Source: Balanoglossus misakiensis (lineage: Eukaryota; Animalia; Hemichordata). Taken from it: a DNA stretch of 64,000 nucleotides. Positions within the stretch are counted from its first letter, which is position 1. The number at the start of each line of letters is the position of its first letter. The notes beneath the pieces are model-generated. The model worked only from the letters and a program-made list of their open reading frames with translations. It was not told where the DNA came from and made no database searches. The position numbers and the translations under genes were made by a program. Location of the stretch: assembly GCA_040954595.2 (NCBI GenBank), contig CM082576.2, forward strand, positions 8,435,129-8,499,128, read 5' to 3'. Positions 14,076-25,041 of this stretch are shown in pieces.

Positions 14076-16002
14076 CCTCATTTGTCACTGTCCAAGGTTT
14101 AGACAAAAAAATTCTTGAGCTTTAAGGTGTCTTAAATCGGTCTTGTCTTTTCACTGAAAATTCTTTAAAAAGATAATTCGACATTCGATGGGAACACATA
14201 TTCTGATGTACGAAACGAAAAAAATGAAACTTCTACACAATAAAATATTCTGCAAAAACAGTTGAATTACAACTAAGTATACTTAATTTTTTCAAGAGAA
14301 AAACAAAATAAATCTTCACATGGGCAGTCAAGGCAGAACGAATACCCCGCCAAAAATGGAATATTCCGCAAAAAAGCTAAAGAACAGTCAGCTTACGTGG
14401 TCACCCTGAAGAGAACTTTCCCCAGTGATCCGAGGGTTCCATTTCATCGCTTTTCGAGAAAAAAACCAACAGTAACAATGAACGTTACCAATTTTACTGA
14501 CCTACTGACAAAATCCGACCAATTTCTGAATAAAACAGCAAAATAACATCAGAAATCCTTTGTTTGATCGAATAAGGGTACTTTTGTGACATATTCAAAG
14601 CTTCATCAAAAAAAAGGGAAAGAAACGTATCAGAAAAGTGGTCTGGAGAGACACCACAGATCTGCATTTCAGTACAATCTTACTAAAATCCGAAACTTCT
14701 CTACAACTAACTCGTATGTACATTTGTGATACCATTAGCAATGAGACATTTAGTTACACGCAGTTTAATACCAGTTCCAAATCAAGAAAAGAAAGAAAAA
14801 CAGCATTTTTTCCAAAATATGGGGTTTACCACGTATTTTTTTTATCAAAATGGCAGAGATTTGGATCAACAGTAAGTTTACGCTGGGCAGCTCCCTATAC
14901 AGCGCTATGTACAAGCCTATACTGGTTCAACACCTCATAAACTGTATTACCGAACACCCATAACAACGCAGTCCCATTTCAAACCCAAGAGACTGGGCTC
15001 GGTATTATTGCGACAGTATTTTGGATGGAGGGACTTCAAAAAATTGTACCCAGCCCCCTCATGCCGAAAGTACGGTAGTGAAAATGTGCTAAAAAGTACA
15101 CCAAAGGGTGTGTATTCATATAACTGCTGCATCACAAGTGTTATTTGCTGTACAACGGCTGTGTATCAGGGACGTGACCGAGCATAGTGAGCTCTAGACC
15201 GTGGAGAAAAAAAAACTGGAACGGTTTTCTGAAATCCTTTGATTCGATAAGAACTGTGCACTAACGGGAGTTCCTGAAATTTTCATCGAGTAATCCGATA
15301 AGTAACTGGGCCTAAAGAGAACGAAACCGTACAAGGCAGTCGACGACCGCTCCCGTGTTTTACATTCAAACTCTGAGCTACTTATTATTTCTACAGTACA
15401 GTGGTCAAAGCTACCAGCACGCCTCTATTAAAACTACGCCACTTTGTATCTACCATTTAGAAGCGAAAGAATAACAAAAAAAGTTTTGGTCAAATCATAG
15501 ATTTTTCGCAATATATTTCTATACATAAATTAACGAGAATATTGCCGCCACAACACACGTGACACAGCGGAGTAAAATGGAAATCCAACCAAGTAGGTTT
15601 AAATATTAAAAGTTGAAGAATGAAAATTCATTGAATAAATCTCTTTTCCAAATCATCATCATATCATCATTATCAGCCGATAGGACTGTTACAAAGCGTT
15701 CCTTCCAAAGCGTCGCCAAGGAGACCGTCTCTTGATCGTGTTGGTAAGGTGAAAAAAGTGTTCAACTTTCGACTTGCCGTGGCTTGTGGAATGGAGAATT
15801 CATCAAAGTCTATCAACGGGAAACACATATACAAGATTTTTAAAGAATGCTTGGATGAAACGCCGTGATGACTGTCAGGAGGACACGAAGTCCGTGTGGC
15901 CGATGTACGGTTGGTCAAAAACTCACGTATTTGGCCTTATAATGCTGATACCCTTAATAATCACCGCATTTCAAACGCAAATGGCGAAAGTATCCTCTCT
16001 TT

Positions 16003-16008
16003 TTTATT
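16003..16008 (-). terminator. Possible proximal polyadenylation signal AATAAA
   Basis: Hexamer ~44 nt after the Otx stop codon; usage unknown. Confidence 0.3.
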
Positions 16009-16051
16009 TAAAAAAATGTCAGTTCTCTGGATATTTCTCTTGTAGATTATT

Positions 16052-16669
16052 TTATAAGACTTGGAACTTCCACGACGACCCGTGGTCTTTGCTTTCCAAG
16101 CAACTATCGGCGGTGAGTGAACTGTGCATACCCATGGAGCCCATACTGGTGGGTGTGCCGGGGTTCATGTGGTGGGTCGGCGCTAGCTGCGACGGCGCAG
16201 AGCTCATGTGTGAACTTGACATGCTGGAGGCGCTCATCTGGTTCAGCGTGGTGCCCGGCAACTGCATGGGTGGCAAGTACGACGAGCAGTCGATGTTACT
16301 GAAATAGGACGACGGCTGGTAGTTCTGCGTGTAGCCCGACCCCTGCGTGTTGCCCATGGGATATGTGGAGCGTTGCATACAACTATTGCTGGTGCCCAGC
16401 GGATCGTTCACCGGCGGTGGGGGGATGGAAGCCGGGCTCCATATACCGTTCCCGTTGGATATATTCGACATGACGGGCGATTTGTAGGGCGCGGTCATCG
16501 AACTCATTGTGCTCATCGTCGACATGCCCGCGGTGGTGGTCGGAGGGGTGTCTCTGGGCGGCGAGGAACTTTTCTTGCTGGCCGGTCGGTTTTTATTGGC
16601 ATTGGGCCCGCCGTTCTGTTTCTGTTGCTCCTGTTGTCTGCATTTCGCCCTCCTGTTCTTGAACCATAC
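16052..16669 (-). CDS. otx: Otx coding exon 3 (VWFKNRRAKCRQQ, WSP motif, C-terminal Otx tail WKFQVL, stop)
   Basis: Acceptor tttttttctcggattcag|GTATGG. K50 recognition helix WFKNRRAK, GIWSPASI (WSP motif), YFSNIDCSSYLPPM, tail CLESKDHGSSWKFQVL, TAA at 16054-16052. 618 nt. Confidence 0.98.
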   Translation of the reverse strand, partial: VWFKNRRAKCRQQEQQKQNGGPNANKNRPASKKSSSPPRDTPPTTTAGMSTMSTMSSMTAPYKSPVMSNISNGNGIWSPASIPPPPVNDPLGTSNSCMQRSTYPMGNTQGSGYTQNYQPSSYFSNIDCSSYLPPMQLPGTTLNQMSASSMSSSHMSSAPSQLAPTHHMNPGTPTSMGSMGMHSSLTADSCLESKDHGSSWKFQVL

Positions 16670-19600
16670 CTGAATCCGAGAAAAAAAATGTAGAAAGTTT
16701 AGTGAACTGTGGTTACACATCCTGGCTGGGGACGGTCGCACAAATCAAACCACAGTCCCCCAAGAAAGGGACTGTGATCAAACATTTTTTTAACCAGCTG
16801 TCAATCAAGTGGACGTTGTAGCTTTAGCGAGAAAGCAAAACACTGCCCGTGTTGGGTGAGCAAATATCATTTAGAGACCCGCTCCTAAGTTTGTTTTAAT
16901 CGTTGACTTTGACTTGAAAAGTTGGTTTTTATCTCATCCAAAAGTCAACGAACGAGGCCCTTGTGTCGAGACACGCTGGCACTCGCGAACGCCTACATTT
17001 GATAAGAATGCGCTGATAGGCAATCGGTTCAGATTGGTCACGAGTCAATAACACCTAGGAAATTATATCACATTTTGCGTAACCATGGCTTCGCAGATAG
17101 GGAAGCAAGAACTCAGAAGATAAACAGAGATAGGGCTTGGCGCTTGTGGGGCTTCAGCGATTCTGTCAGTCAATCTGGGACAGAGACAATGCATGGGTGT
17201 GCACGAAACAAACAGTTCTTGTCAAAGCAAAAGTGACGTAACACGTGCGGCTTGTACATAAACCTTAATGCATCGTTGCTATACATGCTCCTCAATTTTT
17301 CCCCCGTTTCCGCATCTATACATTGACAACCGCTTTTTAAAGGGACTCCGTTTTTCATATCCAAAATCAATAACCGCTGGAAAAAGTGCTGTCAACGGTC
17401 GATAAAATGCAGACAAAGTTGACGCATTTTTTTAATTAATTAACAGGCCCGGTATCGGCTACAGGTGTCCGGCGCCCGGGGCTACGTGAAATTCAGTAGC
17501 AGCGGCTTAGCCCATGCCTAAGACGTTTGGTTGACTTCTAGAGCCGCAATTTGTAACTTATAATCCGGGGCATTACAACAAATTACAAAGCTATTGTCAT
17601 CAATAACTCAATCAATCATAGCTGTATCAAAAGCACGGAAATGGCAGACTATCCCAGTTGACTTCGATCGAAATCGGTCTAAGGGAAAATCGTCCACCGT
17701 ATGCTGAAGTTCGACTATTTTTCAAGATGAACACTACTCGGCTCTCGTTTTTCAACCGCGATTATCAAAAGGCGGGGGTGACACACGCATAAAACCCCAT
17801 CGTGGCGACGCCGTGGCCGAATCATATATTTCTTCGGGAAATAAAAACATATCAAGATGGTGTATCTCGGTGATATCTCGATTATTCTCAGTGTTGACAA
17901 ATTGGATGATTTGTTGTAATGACGTAGTTCTTGCAGGGTTTCGCAACCCTTCTTTTACAAATATTTCTCTTTCCCTCCCCCTTTCTTTCTCCCACCCCCC
18001 CCCCCCCACCCCCTCTCTCTCTCTCCGTATGATAATGCGGTCGCACCGAGCACGTGGAAAAAATCCCAAGTCTATTATAAGATATGGGTTTTCCTCCCGG
18101 CACCTATTCTCCTTTGGACCTCCCCCGTTTCGTTGCCCCTAGTCTTCACACCAAAATGGCAAGCTTTTTTGTGGTGGTTAAACAACCATGTGTGAAAGGG
18201 GGTGGCTAAAATGAAAACAAGGCATTCACTCGTCGAGCTCTAATTGATTTGCTATCAACCTGACAGTTTATTCCATTTTCACCCCCTTTTCTTTGCTCTG
18301 TGCTAATGACGTGCTTTAGACAACAAAACAGCGCATTAAATCGGCGTTGTGATAACACCAAAGAAAACAGGTCTAATTGCCCAACTAATTAACACCTTGA
18401 CCGTGGACTTGGCGGGTTAATTTTTTAACTTCGGCGAAAGTTCGCCGTCGAACAGGACTGGAAGCCTTTACTCAACACTTGTAACGCCACTAGGTCCTTG
18501 TAGAGAAGCGGTGGGCCGAAGTTGTTGAAAAAAAACGAAGATTTGGGGAGCTTCCTTCTATAAAAACAGAACACACCTGTCCTTTTCGGGATGGCCCGCT
18601 TGTTGGTTCCCAGTGAAATCGAACAATATGCTGAAAGCTATGTAAACCGCGTTTGTGCGAGAAGTAGGCCTCCTTCTGGTCGACCAGCCATTGTCTTCGT
18701 GGCACTTTGCCGCATAATGGCATTGGAATTTTCGCTTGTTTTATTTGTGGGCAAATAACACGAACGACACTTGTCGTTTTAAGTCAGCAAGTGGAGGGAA
18801 ATGAGACAAGTGGATTGTCACCGACGCACTTAGTGCGCCGGGCATCTAATTGACGATGCCCTGTTTTTTAAAAAAAGTTCAGAAGAAATGGGGGGGGGGG
18901 GGGTTGTAGAACAGAAGAGGCGCTCGTATTGTCGCTAATCAAAACCCGTGATGTGACCTCGTTAACACATGCACTCCTGCACGGGTTGACTTCATCTGCA
19001 ACCGTGGGTCAGGTCAGGGATTCCCCGGCGCATAAAGTGACTTGCACCGTCCGGGATAAAATGTCCCCCGTCCCTTCCAACACACCTCGGCACAGAATGT
19101 TTCGGCACGAATCGATCGTAATATGCATTGATATAAACAATATACCGTCTATTTATAGACACTGCTTGTGTCTCAGGCGCAGGAGGGGGGCATGAAACAA
19201 CCGACAAATTTCTCGAGACACCTGTCTAAATTTTGGCCCCTGTATAATTTGCTGAACGCAGGACAAGGGAACAGAAAAAAAGGGGAAAAGTGTGTTGTTA
19301 CGCAACTTCCCGATGAAAGAAGTCCGACTAATGTAGCGGTGCTTTGTGCAGATAAACGTACTTTCCATCATATCTTGTATTACATGAAATTCATCCACTC
19401 CGATGTCAGAACGGTGAAATGTCACAGCCCCTTTGTTAAAGTCGACATTCCGCAAAGCTGCGATTTAGTTTTCGAGTTGTGCAGAAAAATGCTGTCCGAC
19501 TGGGATTTTCTATGGGAAAATCCGGCGATGGGAAAACATATCTCCGGCCGATGCATGGATGCTTGTTTTTATTTGAATGTGTAATTGTCGTATTGTTGAG

Positions 19601-22600
19601 GGAAAAAGATCCTGGCCGCGGGCAACAGAGGACCGTTGAACAATTGCCTATTGGGGGCTTTCATGAGTACAGTTGCCGCCACTTTTTGTCACTCAAGCTG
19701 AAGTAGCCATCCAACTTTTTTTCTTCTATTCTTTGAGTCCACACCGAACAATGCGATGATACACGATAAGTCCCTGCTTAGAATAGGTGAAGTCGGCATT
19801 GAGCAGATAACTACACTCGCGATGAGCAAGGAAAACCCTGATTGATTCCACAATCAACAGTTTAAATAGTTAGTAGAGTGTCCGCGCAGTGGATTACGAC
19901 CAGCCCCTCGGTTCTCTCTCCCCCCCCCCCCCATTCCGATAGGTGCTCCGCCGCGCGAACGGGTGACGAAAAGTAAAAAAAAATACCCAGAGTGAATTGA
20001 TCGAATTTCAAGACCGCCCTTTTTGTTATAAAAGTGTCAAAAAAATAATTCTCTCGTGAATACAATGTTTGAGTCGCAGCCCGTTCGAGGTTTAATTGGA
20101 ATCTGTCGTATAGTGGTGCAGGAGGATTTGGCGGATTACGGACGATTTCCTCGTCGAACCAATTTCGATCACAATTTATACGTTTCGCTCTTTTCTTCCC
20201 TTGAAAAAAAAATAACGGATGATGAGGCGAAATGTTGGGCATCGCCTGGTACTGCCCGAACATAAAAGGCTCTCAGCTTTTGTCGTTGCCTTTTTAACGC
20301 GTCGGTCACAATCCAACATTAAGCTAATTCGGTACCTTCTTAATTTAACCCTGTTAGTATGGAAGTTTGCGAGCACACGCATCACGAACACACCGGCGTG
20401 GTAGCGAAATCCTCGCCTTCAGGTACGCGCCAATAGATGAAAGCATACACCAACTTGCGAGCGAAATCTCAGTCAATGGAATTTCGCGAATTCCGAATAG
20501 AATATTGTCCCCGGGACAACACTGCCACGATTTTCGCATATTATTGATTTTGTTGTGCACAAGCCGACACGTAAATCATAATGCGGGTTCGTAGCGTTTC
20601 TTTTATTTCGCTTGCGGTCTCCGCCTCTGTGCGAGTGATCTTATTTTCTATACCTACGAGGTTGTTAACGTCAAAATTGACCTTTTTTCCGATTCAAAAG
20701 GGGAAGGTTTTATTCGTGCTGTACATTTGGCGTGGGAATGAAGGGAAAGTCTTTCAGAAGCGAGTCATTCTAACATCTAACCTGCAGGTGGAGTAAGGCG
20801 ATAGCTTGCAATTAAAGAAAGGGGAGAGACCGGGGGTTCCCTTAAGCCTGCAACCAGGCGATATGGGTTGCGACTTGTCCGAACGTGTCCTGTGTATCAT
20901 GAAAAGTTGTCCAAGGGCAAACGGACCTGGCAACCGATATAAACCGGCTCGCGAGCGGATGATCAGATATCCTCCCCGCTGAACGTACACTCACTGTCTG
21001 TTAAAAAAACGCCCTGGCGATTAACGAGCCGGTATCATTATCAACGTCGACTATCTTTTTGTCAAAAAGACTTCTAGATTCCTGTAATGTTCATTTAACA
21101 CTACGCAGAAACATCAATAAACCAATGACAGGTGCGAAAATTCGAAACACCCATTCACGCACCTTGTAGACACCGCGCCAATTATCCGCGGTGCACGCAA
21201 ATTGCGAATGAAATTGCCGCGGTACAAAGCGCGTTTCTGGTTAGTTTCCATGACTGACGCGTGTCTGCAGTGAGATTTACTCAACGTTGTTCAATTTCAT
21301 ATGATGACTGAAGTCGAAAAAAGTGGCCACTCGATAATTATGCTCATGCAACGTTATGCGCAAACAAATCGATACGGCAGAGGCTGATGTAATTTTTGTT
21401 ATCCCCCCACAAGTCAATCGTAAAGCTTCGCAGACGTTTCTTTTCTACTTCACATCACTCTGTATTTTCCAAATGCTTTATTAGCAGGTCAAAAAATCCT
21501 CATTTTGGATTAACTTCGTTTTGTCGAACACAAGCAAAAGGAGAAAAATCCCCAAACCTACAAGCAAAGGAATCGATAACAAAATCGATACATAAATAAC
21601 ACTCCCCGAGGACAGAGGTTTACTTTCAAAGTTTTTTTTTAATATTATTTTTCCAGGCCCAATCCGAACGAATGTCAGTCAAGTTACCACAGACATGAAA
21701 TGTTTAAACGTTTGAATATTTCAAGTTAGAATTACTGAAATGGGAAATCAAATCTCTCGCCATACTGACGAGTTTCTACATTTGAACATTTTTCACGCGC
21801 TTAGGGGGTTACCTCCACAGCGTACTATAGGCATTACGGGAGTTTATTATTTCTAATAAGAAGTTGTTTCATTAGATTTGATTAAGTGGTTAAGTCAGTC
21901 TTTATGGTCATTTGTTATCGCCAACGTAAAGTGTATATATTTAACTTTATAAATGTATCGAAATCCCGCAAATTTAGGCGTACCGGCCGTTGTCATAATC
22001 GCTTTACGCCAACGAGTGTCAATTTCCACCATAGAAAAATATACCTGTGATATTTTTAGAGAGAACCGGCGCGCAGCAAGACAAACACGAACCATGCACT
22101 GAGCGCGATCAAGCCGCGGGAACTATTTATTCGGATTTTCGCCGTGCACCTTTTCACAATTCTAAGAGCTCTCCGGTTAATTCTGGTTTAGAAAAAAGTA
22201 CAATGTATCTTTATCTAAAAATAAAAGTGGACAGTGGTCAAACCATCCAAGTGTGAGTGAATGTTCCTTAAAATAAAAAAAAAACGGCCGAGCCACAACG
22301 GCTAAATAGGAATGCCGCCGGATTACCTGGGCGGTGTCAACAATTAAGGTAAATTGTAATGATACATTTGGACATTGTAATGCCGTTAGCTATCTGTATA
22401 CCGACAGTTTTCTTTAATTAGCAAACGCTTTCCACCCGAAACTAAAATATACATAATTCGCTTGAACGTCGATCGAGCAGTGTTTTCGTTTCTCGCTGGG
22501 AGGACACGCGTGCGTTAACATCTGCAGAGAACCAGCTTGTTGGTTGTTGTTATATATATATACATATTTCCATTTTGTTGTCTTTCTAGAATTAATTTCA

Positions 22601-24889
22601 AGTGAACTGGTTGATCCGGGTGATCCGGTGGAGTGAAGCGAAGAAGATGGTGGCTTTGTTATACAAAAATATAATATTATTGTATGTGGAGAACACGAAT
22701 GTTTCTCATCCGAAAAATAGGATCAAAACATCTGAAAAGGCAAAGAAATCAACTCTTATCTTGGAATTAGCGGAACATAATGCCAAATGATAGCGATTTG
22801 AGAACAGATGACATTGACAGAACTACCAAAGTGTTTATGGCTCTGTGGGGGAAAGGCCGCAGTGTGCTTTTGGTTGTGAGGTATACTGACACACGTGTTG
22901 AATTTTCTTTATCTGATGGAGTCGGAAAATAAAAATGACATTTTTCCCATACTAACTCAAAGTTCCGACCTTCATCGCACACTCAAATCTGCCAGCGACA
23001 AACCATTTTGCGTGCATATTATAATTGTTACTTTTATGATTGAAAATTGTTTGGAGAGAGAAAAAAATACGCCAGATGCCGACGAACCAACGTCTGCTGA
23101 ATAAAAAAATCTGAAATTTTAATTTTCCACTCGCCATCGGTGAGAAAACATCTCCCAAACCGTATGGAACCGAACATGTAAAAATTCGGTCTTTAGAATG
23201 CGAAGTAATTATTTTAATAGCCCTGGAATATTGTCATTTTCTATTTTCTTTTTTTTTTCAGGCGAATTTCTATAAATGTTGATTCCATATGTAGAACTGT
23301 ATCAAATAACAACGCTAGTTGGCCTCTCGCACGAAAGCCCCGGATTAGGAAATCATTGAAAACGTTGCACACGGGCTGCGGGGATTAGGAGCCCAGATGA
23401 CACAAGTGTCACCACTGCTCTATGCGAAAATCCCCAAATCTGTTTAATTGAAAATGGGGAGGAAGATGGATGGCAAAAAATGTCAACGATTGAGTTCTAA
23501 AATGGCGCGGCGCAGAGTACAAATTCACTGGGATGTTGGAATTTCTTCGGGGTGGGGACGATGCCTGAAGTAAACGGGGGGTGGGGAATTTTCGTTGACC
23601 CGGTCGTGAATTATGACATCGCTACATGGTTAGATATTCTCATTTTTTTATTTATTTTTCAAATGTGATTTTAGTGCAGTGTTTTGTTGGCAAACGGGCC
23701 ATCGACAAGCTGTTACCAGCGAACAATCCGTCACTTACACGCGAACAATGATGAGTGGTCGGCGAGTTGGTTGAATATTTCATTCAAATATTCCTCGGAC
23801 TATACCTCTGCCAGTACCGAGGATTCCGGAATTCGAGTGATCGCAGTGCCCTAAAATATCTTCGACATGACCCTTCGATTTTAATCATTCTCTGAGCTGC
23901 GACTTGCGCAAATTTGGCACACTCCCATGGATTGCCAGGGGTCACAGGTTAAAGTTCACGAAACAGAATATTCACATCATTACACTTCCACAGACTAGAA
24001 ATTAGAATCCGGACAGATTTTTAAAGTCGAAACGGTGGATGTTTTCTTTTATAGCATACACGGAGGGGGTAACCCGGTACCTGGAGCTAAAGCTTTTCTC
24101 AATAATTGCAAAGCTTAGATTAACTTATCTGATCTGTGAATAAACAGTGTCTTAACACTGTGTAAGCCATGTGATCTAACAAAAAACACACTTGTCTAGT
24201 GTTCGGTTGTCAATACGTTGGGTTTCAAAAGTGCAGAAACCAACAGACTACTGGCACACACGAGGGAACGATCTCTATTAACAATTTTTTTAAATAATAT
24301 TTTGCTCGTCAAGGCCTGCTAATTATGTCACAAAGGGCTTAGCCTGCTGCTAAATTTGAACTGTACAAATATATATCTTGCCATTTCACACGTGTTGACG
24401 GGGCGTGACATTTACGAGAATCAAATCTAACATTCAGAAATAGACGCATCACATTAATGTCTCTTTTCAGTTATGATATAGTTGTTTAGATGTGGCGCAA
24501 ATGTCAATGATTTTTGTTTCTCGGAATCGCTATTATTAAACGATAATGATCAATCAGTTGGTAAATAAAACTGTTCTCTCCTCGATCACAAACACACGCG
24601 AGCACACACACGCGGGTACGCGCACGCACGCACAAACTTTTACATCAGTTTTTCCTAATTGCATTCACTCCCAGATCTGGAATACACTGATGGCAGCCCC
24701 GGTTCCATTTTAAGTTAAATTCCATATCGGACAAAAACAACAAAACTGCAGTCAAAGCGGTTAGAACTTGGATTTAGGGAGGGGGGGGGGCATTCAATTT
24801 AACCTGTGCGGTGATCGTTAGACCAGAAGAAAAATATGTGCTTAGACAAACAAGCGTAGATTGTAGCATCTTCAGGGAAGGACACCTAC
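16670..24889 (-). other. otx: Otx homeobox intron (phase 0, 8220 nt)
   Basis: gtaggt..ttcag boundaries splitting RVQ|VWF. Confidence 0.97.
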
Positions 24890-25041
24890 CTGTACTCGAG
24901 ATTCTGGTAAATTGATTTTAAGGGCGACTTCTTCCCTCATGAAAATGTCAGGGTAGCGGGTTTTACTGAAAAGCGACTCTAGGACGTCGAGCTGGGCCCT
25001 CGTGAACGTGGTCCGCTCTCTCCGCTGTTTCCGCGGGTTAC
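24890..25041 (-). CDS. otx: Otx coding exon 2 (homeodomain N-terminal arm to start of helix 3: [50 protein letters not shown])
   Basis: Unambiguous Otx homeodomain. Acceptor with long U-tract ...tttacag|GT, donor CAG|gtaggt at 24889. 152 nt, phase 1 to phase 0, with the PRD-class intron between Q46 and V47. Confidence 0.98.

Larger units (their letters stand above)
14050..16051 (-). other. otx: Otx 3' UTR (~2 kb)
   Basis: U-rich on the mRNA strand from the stop to AATAAA at 14075-14070, followed by U/GU-rich downstream element. Confidence 0.6.

Noticed and set aside
15774-16693. Plus-strand ORFs (177, 61, 106 aa) overlapping Otx exon 3
   Set aside because: Antisense shadows of GC-rich coding sequence; the longest starts at TTG
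16670-16741. N-terminal extension MRPSPARMCNHSSLNFLHFFSRIQ of the 229-aa ORF
   Set aside because: Intronic polypyrimidine tract upstream of the true acceptor
23241-23262. Strong + strand acceptor-like ttttctttttttttttcag
   Set aside because: Poly-T runs are common here, and there is no matching exon or donor evidence
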